NCBI GenBank assembly: GCA_029246845.1
Contig: JAQWMJ010000042.1
Location: 1 to 12,896, forward strand
Reading direction: 5' to 3'
Source of the DNA: Thermodesulfobacteriota bacterium
GTDB taxonomy: Bacteria; Desulfobacterota_D; UBA1144
DNA: 12,896 nucleotides
Of this stretch, positions 1-9,015 are shown piece by piece. The position numbers were made by a program, and so were the translations under genes. The stretch's first letter is position 1. Each line of letters opens with the position of its first letter. The notes under the pieces were generated by a model. It was not told the origin of the DNA. It did no database searches and saw nothing but the letters and a program-made list of their open reading frames with translations.

Positions 1-1929
1 ATAGATGTTTCTATAACTCCCAACAGAGGTGACTGCCTTTCAGTTTTTGGAATCTGCCGGGAACTTTCTGCGGCATTAAATTTTAAATTTACAAATCCAA
101 TGCTTGAACATAACATAGCTTACAAAAAAGTTGACTCTTTGGAGGGAGTCTCTGTCCACTTAGATTCAGGCGATATAATAAGATACACCCTAACAAAGAT
201 AAATAATGTTCAAATTGGTCCTTCACCTTTTTGGCTCAAGAATTTTCTTGCTAAGATGAATATTACCTCGATTAATAATATTGTTGATGCCTCAAATTTC
301 TTCATGTTACATACTGGCCATCCAATTCATGTTTTTGATTTTGATCAACTGGATGGAAAAAAAATATCTCTAACAACATCTGCAAAAGGTGAGGTTGATA
401 CTCTAAGTAATGAATCAAAAAAAGTTGATAATCACTTAGTTGTTTGTGATGATACAGGACCCATTGCATTGGCGGGAATAATAGGATGCAAAAGGGGAAG
501 TGTGAATAGTGAAACCAAGAATATACTTATTGAGTGCGCATCATTTAATCCAAGCAAGGTTAGAGCCAGCTCAAAGTTGTTAAACATATCCACGGAGTCT
601 TCTTATCGTTTTGAGAGACATGTTTCTGAATATTCTGTTAGCCAAGCCCTAAGCTATGCGGCAGAATTAATTCAGTCGATATGCTCTGGAGAAATTTCTA
701 AAGAATATATTGATACTTACTCAGATTTAAAAAATACACGTAGTGTTCAGTTAAATCTTAAAAAAGTTCCAAATATTTTGGGAATAGAAATTAGTGATGA
801 AGAGATTGTTTCGATATTAGACTCGTTGTCAATTAGCTTACTGCCTGAAAAAAATAACAATTCTAAAAATATATTTTCAGTTCCAGACTATAGGTTTGAC
901 CTAGAGCATGAGCATGATTTGGTAGAAGAGATTGCAAGAATGAAGGGATATGATTCTATAGTTCCAATACTTCCACAAGTTTCCATTAGAGAAAAACTTA
1001 AAAATCCTGTTTTGGATTTAAGAGAATTGTCAGATCGAGCAAGAGAGTCTTTTTCTCAAGACGGTTTTTCTGAAGTAATAAATTTTAGTTTCACGGACGA
1101 TGATATTTTTAATGATTTAAAGAAAGTTGAGATTCTTAATCCTATATCTAAAGATTCTAAGTTCTTAAGATCAAGTTTGATTCCATCTCTTTTAAAAAAT
1201 GCCTCCTATAATTTAAATCATGGGAATGAACGGCTTAAGCTATTCGAAATAAGTAATGTATTTCACAATTCAAGTAAGAAGATTTCTCAGACAATGGAAG
1301 TTGCAACAATATGTTCCATAGAATTAAATAATGTAATGTGGGATAAGGAAAATTTTGATTTTTATGATATTAAAAAAACAGTGGAGAACTTTGTCGAATT
1401 TGCTGGCCTTGACCTTAAAAATTTAAGTGTTAAATCCGAAAGTGAAACACTATATTCAACAATTTTACATCCTGGAAAATCAGGAATCATTTTATATAAT
1501 GATGAAGAAATAGGCTTCTTAGGGGAACTACACCCAGAGATATTGTCAGCAAGTAATATTAAAAAGGAACTAATAGTGTCTACTCTTTTCTTGGATAAAG
1601 TTTCCAACATTAAGATTAAACCCAAAACTTTAAAAACTTTTGGAGCCTTTCCTTTTGTTCAAAGAGATGTTTCAGTTTTAATAGATAAAAGCATTGAAGG
1701 TATTACCATTGTAAATTTAATAAATAATTGTCAATCATCAATAGTAAAACAAACTTTTATTTTTGATGTTTTTGAAAATTCAAAGTTAGGGGATGATAAG
1801 AAAAGCCTATCCATATCTGTTCTTTTTGGAGCTGATGATAGAACGCTGGAGGATAAGGAAGTTTCCGAAGAATTAGATAAAATTTTGTTGAATGTTCAGA
1901 AAGAAATTCCTTTAGAAATTAGAGAGTAG
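1..1929 (+). CDS. pheT: Phenylalanine--tRNA ligase beta subunit (5' end outside the window)
   Basis: Frame is open from base 1 (IDVSITPNRGDCLSVFGICRE, the PheT TPNRGD motif), so the ORF-track start at 100 is internal. Also has IECASF, TESSYRFER, VPDYRFDL..EHDLVEEIARMKGYD, NPIS..LRSSL and a C-terminal FDX-ACB region (FPFVQRDVS...KKSLSI...DRTLED). Confidence 0.98.
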   Translation: MDVSITPNRGDCLSVFGICRELSAALNFKFTNPMLEHNIAYKKVDSLEGVSVHLDSGDIIRYTLTKINNVQIGPSPFWLKNFLAKMNITSINNIVDASNFFMLHTGHPIHVFDFDQLDGKKISLTTSAKGEVDTLSNESKKVDNHLVVCDDTGPIALAGIIGCKRGSVNSETKNILIECASFNPSKVRASSKLLNISTESSYRFERHVSEYSVSQALSYAAELIQSICSGEISKEYIDTYSDLKNTRSVQLNLKKVPNILGIEISDEEIVSILDSLSISLLPEKNNNSKNIFSVPDYRFDLEHEHDLVEEIARMKGYDSIVPILPQVSIREKLKNPVLDLRELSDRARESFSQDGFSEVINFSFTDDDIFNDLKKVEILNPISKDSKFLRSSLIPSLLKNASYNLNHGNERLKLFEISNVFHNSSKKISQTMEVATICSIELNNVMWDKENFDFYDIKKTVENFVEFAGLDLKNLSVKSESETLYSTILHPGKSGIILYNDEEIGFLGELHPEILSASNIKKELIVSTLFLDKVSNIKIKPKTLKTFGAFPFVQRDVSVLIDKSIEGITIVNLINNCQSSIVKQTFIFDVFENSKLGDDKKSLSISVLFGADDRTLEDKEVSEELDKILLNVQKEIPLEIRE

Positions 1930-1931
1930 CT

Positions 1932-2228
1932 ATGACAAAAAAAGATTTAGCAAATATTTTAAATAAGAATCTTGGTATTAGCTTAAAAGAAACTACCAAG
2001 ATAGTTGATAAATTTTTTGATATAATTGTGAAAAATTTGAGTCAAGGAAAGGATGTAAAACTTCCTGGTTTCGGCTCTATTAAAATCCAAGAAAGAAAAT
2101 CAAGATTAGGAAGGAATCCAACTACAGGTGAGCCTTTACAGATTGGGGAAAGAAAGGCCATTGTTTTCAGGCCAAGTAAGGATTTAAAAAAGAAACTTAA
2201 TTCACCAAAAGAAGATGGTGAAATTTGA
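1932..2228 (+). CDS. ihfA: Integration host factor subunit alpha (HU/IHF family)
   Basis: MTKKDL..., VKLPGFG, RLGRNPTTGE, VFRPS motifs. Lies directly after pheT, the conserved pheT-ihfA arrangement. Confidence 0.9.
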   Translation: MTKKDLANILNKNLGISLKETTKIVDKFFDIIVKNLSQGKDVKLPGFGSIKIQERKSRLGRNPTTGEPLQIGERKAIVFRPSKDLKKKLNSPKEDGEI

Positions 2229-2863
2229 TGAACAAGCTATTAAATTTTATTAGACAAAATTTTGTTTCTGGATTGGCAGTCTTTGTTCCTTTTGTTATTA
2301 CAACCTATTTAGTTTTAGAAGTAGGTAAGTGGCTCAACTCTTTAGTAGTCCATACTCCGGCAAGATTTATTCAACTTCCAGATGTTATAAGTCCTTTTTT
2401 TACTGAAATAATTCTTTTTTTGGTAGCAGCTTTTTCTTTTATTTTTTTGATAACCTTATTAGGTTTGGGTACAAAAAATTTGCTTGGTAAGCTTTTAGTA
2501 AAGTTTGGGGAAAAAACGATATCTAAGATACCGCTAGCGAATGCAATTTTTACAACCACTAAAGAAATCTCTAAAATAGTTTTCTCTGAGGGTGAAAAGC
2601 AAAAAAATGTTGTTTTAGTTGAATATCCTAGAAGAGGAGCTTATTGTTTAGGTTTTGCAACTCACCCTGTTGACTCCGATCAGCTAGATAAGATTCCAAT
2701 TTTCATCCCTACTTCTCCAAATCCTAGCTCGGGTTTTTTAGTTTTTTTTACTAAAGATGAGATTCAGCAATTAGACATATCCGCCGATGAGGCATTTCAA
2801 CTAATACTTTCAGGAGGACTTGCTTTTAATGACCCAAGCTCTCTATCAAAATTTAAATTTTAA
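2228..2863 (+). CDS. DUF502-family membrane protein
   Basis: ATG at 2228 overlaps the ihfA stop (TGATG). Two hydrophobic N-terminal segments, then KIPLANAIF, VVLVEYPRRG, IFIPTSPNPSSGFL and LILSGG, which fit DUF502. Confidence 0.88.
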   Translation: MNKLLNFIRQNFVSGLAVFVPFVITTYLVLEVGKWLNSLVVHTPARFIQLPDVISPFFTEIILFLVAAFSFIFLITLLGLGTKNLLGKLLVKFGEKTISKIPLANAIFTTTKEISKIVFSEGEKQKNVVLVEYPRRGAYCLGFATHPVDSDQLDKIPIFIPTSPNPSSGFLVFFTKDEIQQLDISADEAFQLILSGGLAFNDPSSLSKFKF

Positions 2864-4214
2864 TTTAGAAAAATTTCTAAAGAAAAAACAAGCAATTGTA
2901 GTAGGTGTATCTGGCGGACAAGACTCATCTGTGTTACTTAACCTTTTGGTAAAATCTAAATTAAATTTAAAAATAAATGTTTGTCATTTTAATCATATGC
3001 TTAGGAAAGAAAGCTCAGACTTAGATGAGATCTTTGTAGAGGATCTCTGTAATAAATACTCTCTACCTTATTTCTTTAAAAAACTTAATATCTTTAGAGC
3101 TTCAAAATTTTTAAAAAAAGGAGTTGAAGAGACAGGAAGATTGTACAGAAAGAAGTTCTTTGAAAAAATAGCCGGCCAAACAGGGTCAACTATAATTGCC
3201 CTTGGTCATCACAATAATGATCAGATAGAAACATTTCTAATGAGGCTGATTCGTGGATCGTCACTTAAGGGGCTCAGCTCTATGTCAATTTTAAACGGTT
3301 TATATTTCAGGCCTCTATTGGAAGTATCTAAAAAAGAGATTGAGGAGTATGCTATAGAGCAAAATATTCCATGGGTTGAAGACAAAACAAATGCAGATGA
3401 AAAATATAAAAGAAATAATATAAGAAAAAACAAATTCCAACCTATCTTCAAAATGAACCCAAATTTTAGCTAAACAATTAAGTATACATTAGAGCATATC
3501 TCTGATCAGAATGATTTTGTTATTAATCGGATTCAGTTATTAGAGAAAAAACTTATAAAGCGTATAGATAGTAACGACTTTATTGTTCCTTTAAAAAAGT
3601 TTAACAAGCTTAGTCCTTTTGAAAAAAAAGAGTTGCTATATAGTTTTTTAAATAAGAGAGTAACCAAGGATGTTTTTGTTAGCTTCAAAAACATTAGCGA
3701 TATAGTTTCTTTGGCTTCTACTAATAATGCCTCTGGAAAGTTTTTTCTTACAAGCCAAGTGCAAATTTGTAAAGGTTATGACTTTCTCTTTATTCAGCTA
3801 AATCCAGTAGAAAATGATAAATATGATATTAATATACAATCTACAGGCTTATGGAAAGATAACAGTTTAATTGTTAAAATTGATAAATACGATAAGGTTC
3901 AAAATCTCCCCACTAAGCTTTTTGATTTTTCTTCAAATGAAATTGATATTAAAGTTAGAAACTTTAAGAATGGAGATAGGGTTAAATTGAAGAATTCTCA
4001 TGAAAAAAAACTTCAAGATATTTTCATTGATAATAAAATTCCACAATTTATGAGATCTAAGTTACCAGTTTTTGAAACTAAAGGAAAAGTCTTTTGCATA
4101 TACGGTCTAGATATTGATACAGAATATATTACAGATAGGGTAACTAATACTTCAGTTGGCATTTCTGCATATAGTAAAAATCTAGAAAAGTTAATTAATG
4201 CTATTGGTCTTTAA
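2829..4214 (+). pseudogene. tilS: tRNA(Ile)-lysidine synthetase interrupted by one in-frame TAA at 3471-3473 (real nonsense allele or sequence error)
   Basis: ATG at 2829 preceded by AGGAGGA (2812-2818). PP-loop VGVSGGQDS, HFNHMLR, GHHNNDQIETFLMRLIRGS, RPLL, WVEDKTN..RNNIR. ORFs 2820-3473 and 3633-4214 share a frame and the gap reads open (*TIKYTLEHISDQNDF...). TilS C-terminal motifs RNFKNGDR..KKLQDIFIDNKIP..R..LPV follow. Read through, it is 461 codons. Identity is near-certain; pseudogene status is not. Confidence 0.85.
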
Positions 4215-4803
4215 TCAATCGATAAAAGTTAATTTTATTATTAGATTTTTTTTCCATCAATTTGAACTTATTTCTTTTTGCATTTGTTATAACTTCCTCC
4301 TCTCTAGTTTGGGGATAGCATATTAGTAGAGACCCCAATTTTCTTAATAAATGAGAACTCACATTGAATATATCCTTCATGTCGCACATTACTTCATGTC
4401 GAGCGAGAAGCTTCTCTTTGTTTAAAGGTTTTTTTCCATGTCCGATTTTGAAGTATGGCGGATTTGTTATAATTAAATCAAATAAAGCGGGATTAAAAAA
4501 GTTTTTTAGATTTTTAATATTAATCTTGTAAGGTCTAATTTTGACACAATTGTTTATTTTAATATTTTCTTTCAATACATCAAATGCTATATCTTCAATT
4601 TCGACTGATACAACCTCATTAACCTTAAAATTCTTCTCGATAAAAATTGATATTATTCCTGAGCCCGTGCCAAGCTCTATAATTTTTTTTTGATTTAAGT
4701 CTTCATCAATAAAAGAACAAAGAGAAATCGAGTCTTCATTAAATTTATTTTTTAATGTTTTTTGTTTAATGGTAAAGTTTTCTAAGTTTATTTTTTTAAA
4801 CAT
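4201..4803 (-). CDS. SAM-dependent methyltransferase, tRNA1(Val) adenine(37)-N6-methyltransferase (YfiC/TrmN6)-like
   Basis: Q...F..DSISL, motif I IELGTGSGII, N6-adenine catalytic motif DLIITNPPYF, and LARHE. Overlaps the tilS 3' end by 14 nt. Confidence 0.8.
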   Translation of the reverse strand: MFKKINLENFTIKQKTLKNKFNEDSISLCSFIDEDLNQKKIIELGTGSGIISIFIEKNFKVNEVVSVEIEDIAFDVLKENIKINNCVKIRPYKINIKNLKNFFNPALFDLIITNPPYFKIGHGKKPLNKEKLLARHEVMCDMKDIFNVSSHLLRKLGSLLICYPQTREEEVITNAKRNKFKLMEKKSNNKINFYRLIKDQ

Positions 4804-5965
4804 TTATTTTATTTTCAATAAACCAATTCCTCAATTCTTTAAATTCGGGGTTTTTTAAATTTTCCCTAATAAATTTCTTTGCTCTAGGAAGGTATTTGAT
4901 ATAGTTAGATTTTTTATCTCTATACTTAAGTCTACAAAAAATTCCAAGAATCTTCAGATTTCTTTGTATAGAAAAATAGTCAACCTGTCTATTAAAGTTT
5001 TTCAATGCTTGATATGCAGTATTATTTAGCTTGAGAACAACATTTATATCCTCAATTTCTTCTTTATAAAGTCGTTCGAGTTCCTTTTTGCGTCGCCATA
5101 CAATAGATGGTTCTTTGTCACCCTTTATTTTTTTTTCACGAAGTCTAATGTTTAAACTCAAATTAACACTATGTTGACCTTTAAAAATTGTCCTCTCATC
5201 CTTTTCTATATCTATCGGCGATCTTACATCATCTATAAAAGAGGAACAATCATAAGCGGGCGAACCCACTAGTGCGTCTTGGAAATCAATTAAGCCTAGC
5301 TCGTTCATTGAACTAATTGGCACGTCTCTTCCATTTGAAGAGTCCACCCCAGGCATTGGTATTATATTGTCCACATGAAAATCTCTAAGTACTAAGCAGT
5401 AGTTTTTAATGTTTAGTTCTTTATATATTTTTTTAAAGATAGTCTTAAAACTATCTTTTTCTTTTTTGGAGATAGTTTTCTTTAGGTGTTTTTTAAGGTA
5501 CCAGGAAAAAAATAAATCAGTTTCTTTCATTTGCTCATTCAGTGTATATTTTTTTATATTCTTTATCTTGCTAGGCATTTCAATACTTTTACTGTGGATT
5601 TGGGACAATATATCCATAGAACCTAAAATTGTTTCACGATTTACATAATCTACAAACCTCTTTTTACCTAAATCTTGGATAATCATTAAACCTAATGAGA
5701 CATCTTTTTTATAAATCTTCGGAACGTTTATTCCATATTCAGACAATATCTTTTGTATTTTAATAAAAGAACTTATTTTTTCATTAGTTCTTGGATTTGC
5801 ATCCATTAAAACAAGATCAGTATTCTTTATTCTGTAATATACTCTAAAAGATGCATCACCTTTTATTTTAACCAAAGAGGTTAAGGGTATGTTCTCTGAT
5901 TTTAAGAAGCCTTTAATCTCAGCCAGCCTTTTTCTCTCAATGTTTGATATAAGTTTCTTATTCAT
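4796..5965 (-). CDS. amgK: APH-family phosphotransferase, N-acetylmuramate/N-acetylglucosamine kinase (AmgK)-like
   Basis: GDASFRVYYR, LVLMDA, QDLG, LRDFHVDNI, GLIDFQDALVG.PAYD and QRNLKILGIFCRL..RDKK..Y..YLPR match the AmgK-type motif set. Confidence 0.78.
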   Translation of the reverse strand: MNKKLISNIERKRLAEIKGFLKSENIPLTSLVKIKGDASFRVYYRIKNTDLVLMDANPRTNEKISSFIKIQKILSEYGINVPKIYKKDVSLGLMIIQDLGKKRFVDYVNRETILGSMDILSQIHSKSIEMPSKIKNIKKYTLNEQMKETDLFFSWYLKKHLKKTISKKEKDSFKTIFKKIYKELNIKNYCLVLRDFHVDNIIPMPGVDSSNGRDVPISSMNELGLIDFQDALVGSPAYDCSSFIDDVRSPIDIEKDERTIFKGQHSVNLSLNIRLREKKIKGDKEPSIVWRRKKELERLYKEEIEDINVVLKLNNTAYQALKNFNRQVDYFSIQRNLKILGIFCRLKYRDKKSNYIKYLPRAKKFIRENLKNPEFKELRNWFIENKINV

Positions 5966-5970
5966 AATCT

Positions 5971-5976
5971 ATTCTA
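5971..5976 (-). promoter_or_regulatory. Possible -10 element (TAGAAT) of a leaderless amgK transcript
   Basis: Minus strand reads TAGAAT-agatt-ATG(5965), with no Shine-Dalgarno immediately before the ATG. Confidence 0.35.
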
Positions 5977-5999
5977 TGATATAATTGATACATAAGGAG
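5977..5999 (+). promoter_or_regulatory. Extended -10 promoter (TGaTATAAT, 5977-5985) and RBS (TAAGGAG, 5993-5999)
   Basis: Consensus TGnTATAAT and a strong SD 6 nt before ATG 6006, in a 40-bp divergent intergenic gap. Confidence 0.65.
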
Positions 6000-6005
6000 T
6001 ATATT

Positions 6006-6698
6006 ATGAGCGACAGTATTTATAAAGACGATATTTCTAAGTATATGGGACAACTTAAAAATGCGGCACCTGAATTAAATGATGCATGGATGGGCTATCA
6101 TAACGAAGTTTTTGCCGAAGGAAAGATTAGTAAAAAGGACAAGCAGCTAATTGGACTTGCTTGTGCACATATGACTAGCTGCCCCTATTGTATAAGATCT
6201 AGAACGAAATTAGCTCTAGCAGCTGGTGCATCTGCGGAAGAAATAGCAGAGACAGTATTTATATCTATGCGCCTAGCAATCGGACAGCCCTATGCTTACA
6301 GTAGTATTGCCTATGAGAATTTTGATAAAATGAATAATAAAGAAAATGTAACAGAAGGTAATTTTTTTAGTAAAAACATTACCCCACAAATAAAAGATTT
6401 CCATAATCATAGCGGTACAATGTTCGAAAAGTTTTCCGTGTTTAATGAAAAAGTATATGCGGATGGACATTTATCTAAAAAACTTAAAAAAGGACTAATG
6501 GGGCTTGCTTGTGCAATTCTTGCTAAATGTGCATGGTGTGTAAGGAGCTGTATTAAGGATGGCATACAAGAGGGTGTAACCAAAGATGAAATTACTGAAG
6601 CTATCAATATAGCTATGGTGATGAACGCTGGTGCTTGTTGGGCTCATGCCGGAATAACTATGGAAGTAGTTGATAAGTCGCTTTCTAAAGATAAATAA
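6006..6698 (+). CDS. Tandem carboxymuconolactone decarboxylase/AhpD-like domain protein
   Basis: Start placed at ATG 6006 because of the SD. Two homologous halves: VFAEGKISKKDKQLIGLACA..CPYC...GASAEEIAE and VYADGHLSKKLKKGLMGLACA..CAWC...GVTKDEITE. Confidence 0.88.
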   Translation: MSDSIYKDDISKYMGQLKNAAPELNDAWMGYHNEVFAEGKISKKDKQLIGLACAHMTSCPYCIRSRTKLALAAGASAEEIAETVFISMRLAIGQPYAYSSIAYENFDKMNNKENVTEGNFFSKNITPQIKDFHNHSGTMFEKFSVFNEKVYADGHLSKKLKKGLMGLACAILAKCAWCVRSCIKDGIQEGVTKDEITEAINIAMVMNAGACWAHAGITMEVVDKSLSKDK

Positions 6699-6709
6699 GT
6701 CAGTTTATT

Positions 6710-7429
6710 ATGAAGCTTCGATTAAATAGATATTTATCACTTAGTGGTCTTGCGTCTAGACGAAAAGCTGAATTGCTAATTGAGTCTGGTGAAATTATTG
6801 TAAACGGTGAGGTCGAAAAAAGGCTACAAAAAGTTATAGATACGAATGAAGATAAGGTTTTTTATCAAAACAAAGAATTAGTTCCTCAAAGCTATGAATA
6901 CTATAAAATGAATAAGCCAAGATTTTTTTTAACAACTATGGCAAATGATGAAAAAAGAAAGACAGTGCAAGATTTACTTCCTAGTATTGATGCAAAACTT
7001 TTTCCAATTGGAAGGTTGGATTATGACACAGAAGGTCTACTTCTTTTCACAAATGATGGACAAATAGCACATCATATATCCCACCCAAGCTTCTTGATTC
7101 AAAAAACCTATTTAGTTCATCTAGCTGGCAGCATTAGTAAAGGTTTCTTTGAGAAGATGCAGAAAGGTGCAAGTCTAAAAGATGGATTTTTATTGCCAGA
7201 GAAACTTGAACTATTAGACTCCAAAAATAAAGAATCTTTAGTAAAAATAGAAATTCACGAAGGTAGAAACCACATCGTTAAAAATTTTTTTAAATACTTT
7301 GGAAAAGAAGTTTCTAAATTAAAGCGAATAAGCGTCGGTCCCATAAAACTGGGTGAATTAGATTCGGGAAAAATTGTTAAATTAGATTATAATGAACTAG
7401 AAGCACTTAAAAAAATTATTTCTACGTGA
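6710..7429 (+). CDS. rluB: rRNA pseudouridine synthase, RsuA/RluB family with S4 domain
   Basis: RLNRYLS..GLASRRKAE (S4), NKP, catalytic PIGRLDYDTEGLLLFTNDG, EGRNH, LKRISVGPI. Family is certain; the exact paralog is less so. Confidence 0.8.
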   Translation: MKLRLNRYLSLSGLASRRKAELLIESGEIIVNGEVEKRLQKVIDTNEDKVFYQNKELVPQSYEYYKMNKPRFFLTTMANDEKRKTVQDLLPSIDAKLFPIGRLDYDTEGLLLFTNDGQIAHHISHPSFLIQKTYLVHLAGSISKGFFEKMQKGASLKDGFLLPEKLELLDSKNKESLVKIEIHEGRNHIVKNFFKYFGKEVSKLKRISVGPIKLGELDSGKIVKLDYNELEALKKIIST

Positions 7430-7437
7430 GGTAAATA

Positions 7438-8061
7438 TTGTTCTTAACTTTTGAAGGTATAGAGGGTTCTGGTAAGTCGACTCAGATTAAAATTCTTAAA
7501 ACTGCTTTAGAAAAAATCCATTTTGATGTAGAAATTACACGTGAGCCTGGTTGGGGAGCAGTCGGAGAGTTGATCAGAAAGATAATATTAGACATACCAG
7601 ACTTAGATTTAGACCCTTTTTCGGAAATCTCTTTGTTTTGTGCTGACAGGGCTCAACATGTTAGAGAGCTAATTAAGCCAATGTTAAATAGTGGGAAAAT
7701 AGTTCTTTGCGATAGGTACTGTGATTCAACTATTGCTTATCAGGGATATGGAAGAAATTTAGATATAGAATTAGTTAAAAAAATGGCTGCCGCTTCTACA
7801 TTAGGACTTATGCCAAATGTTACAGTTTTATTAGATATTTCTGTTAACACTGCTCTAAGTCGAATAGTTGAAAGACCTGGCAGGAACAAGATTGACGATG
7901 AATCATTTGATTTTCATTCAAGAGTTAAAAAAGCGTATCTTAGCATAGCTAAAAATACTCAAAGAGTTCATATAATTAATGGGGAAGATGAAGAATTAGA
8001 GGTACATGAAAAAATAAAAAAATGTTTATCTACAAACTTTAGTATCTTTTCAAGGCTTTAG
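7438..8061 (+). CDS. tmk: Thymidylate kinase
   Basis: TTG start after GAGGT. FEGIEGSGKSTQ P-loop, TREPG, ADRAQH, CDRY.DST.AYQGYGR. Confidence 0.97.
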   Translation: MFLTFEGIEGSGKSTQIKILKTALEKIHFDVEITREPGWGAVGELIRKIILDIPDLDLDPFSEISLFCADRAQHVRELIKPMLNSGKIVLCDRYCDSTIAYQGYGRNLDIELVKKMAAASTLGLMPNVTVLLDISVNTALSRIVERPGRNKIDDESFDFHSRVKKAYLSIAKNTQRVHIINGEDEELEVHEKIKKCLSTNFSIFSRL

Positions 8062-8067
8062 ATAAAA

Positions 8068-9012
8068 ATGTACAATCGAGAAATAGGCGAGTTTCACTTA
8101 AAAAATCAAAAAAATTTTATTAATTATCTATCTAGAGAAGAAGTTTCAGGCTCATTTATTTTCATTGGACAAGACTCAATTGGAAAGAAGGATTTTGCAT
8201 GTCTAGTTTCTGAAATAATTTTAGAAAATAATGAAAAGATTATGAAGAATATTCATCCAGACTTTTATCTTGTTGATATCGAAACTGAACAAATAGTTGT
8301 TGACGATATAAGCAAATTAGAGTCCTGGGTTTTTAATAAACCTTTTGAGGCAAAAAAGAAAATTGTGATAATACGTTCTGCTGAGAAAATGAACTTAATA
8401 GCTCAAAATAAGCTTCTGAAAATATTAGAGGAGCCTCCAGATTATTTATTTTTTTTCTTGCTCACTTCAAATAGTTCGATGCTTTTACCAACGGTAGAGT
8501 CTCGATGTATAAAGATGAATTTAGAAAGTCTACCCGAAAGCATTGTAAAGAAATCTTTAGAAGGAAGATTCGTAGATAAAGATCTTTTGGATGTTGGATT
8601 GTTTCTTCTTGATGGCTCACATGATTATGATAATTTCTATACAGAAAGTTTCCTTACAGATATCATAAACTTTCTTAAAATTATTACTGTAAAGGATGCT
8701 TCATCTATCGAACAAACAATTGACTATATAGATATGTTCTTTAAAGTTAAATCTGAGCAGACTAAGGTTGTAAATTCTTTAATTCGGTTACTAAGCCTAC
8801 TTTTAATTTTTAAGCACAAAGAGCAAAAACAAAACAAGTATTTCAGTGATGTTCTGTTAAATGAAGTTTCAAGCTATAATATTACAATTCTAATAAACCT
8901 CCTGGAGAATTTAAATATTAATTTAAAGGGAACAAGTCTGAATTTGAAAATAGGTTTTGAAGAGTTAATTTTAGATTTTATTTTAGATAATGACAGTTCA
9001 AATGTAGGGTAG
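8068..9012 (+). CDS. holB: DNA polymerase III subunit delta'
   Basis: Degenerate P-loop G..SIGK, HPDF, AEKMN..AQNKLLKILEEPP, LLPTVESRC. Lies in the conserved tmk-holB-metG order. Confidence 0.92.
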   Translation: MYNREIGEFHLKNQKNFINYLSREEVSGSFIFIGQDSIGKKDFACLVSEIILENNEKIMKNIHPDFYLVDIETEQIVVDDISKLESWVFNKPFEAKKKIVIIRSAEKMNLIAQNKLLKILEEPPDYLFFFLLTSNSSMLLPTVESRCIKMNLESLPESIVKKSLEGRFVDKDLLDVGLFLLDGSHDYDNFYTESFLTDIINFLKIITVKDASSIEQTIDYIDMFFKVKSEQTKVVNSLIRLLSLLLIFKHKEQKQNKYFSDVLLNEVSSYNITILINLLENLNINLKGTSLNLKIGFEELILDFILDNDSSNVG

Positions 9013-9015
9013 TTA

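Noticed and set aside
3633..4214. Independent 193-aa gene
   Set aside because: It is the in-frame C-terminal part of tilS, and the TTG at 3633 has no SD.
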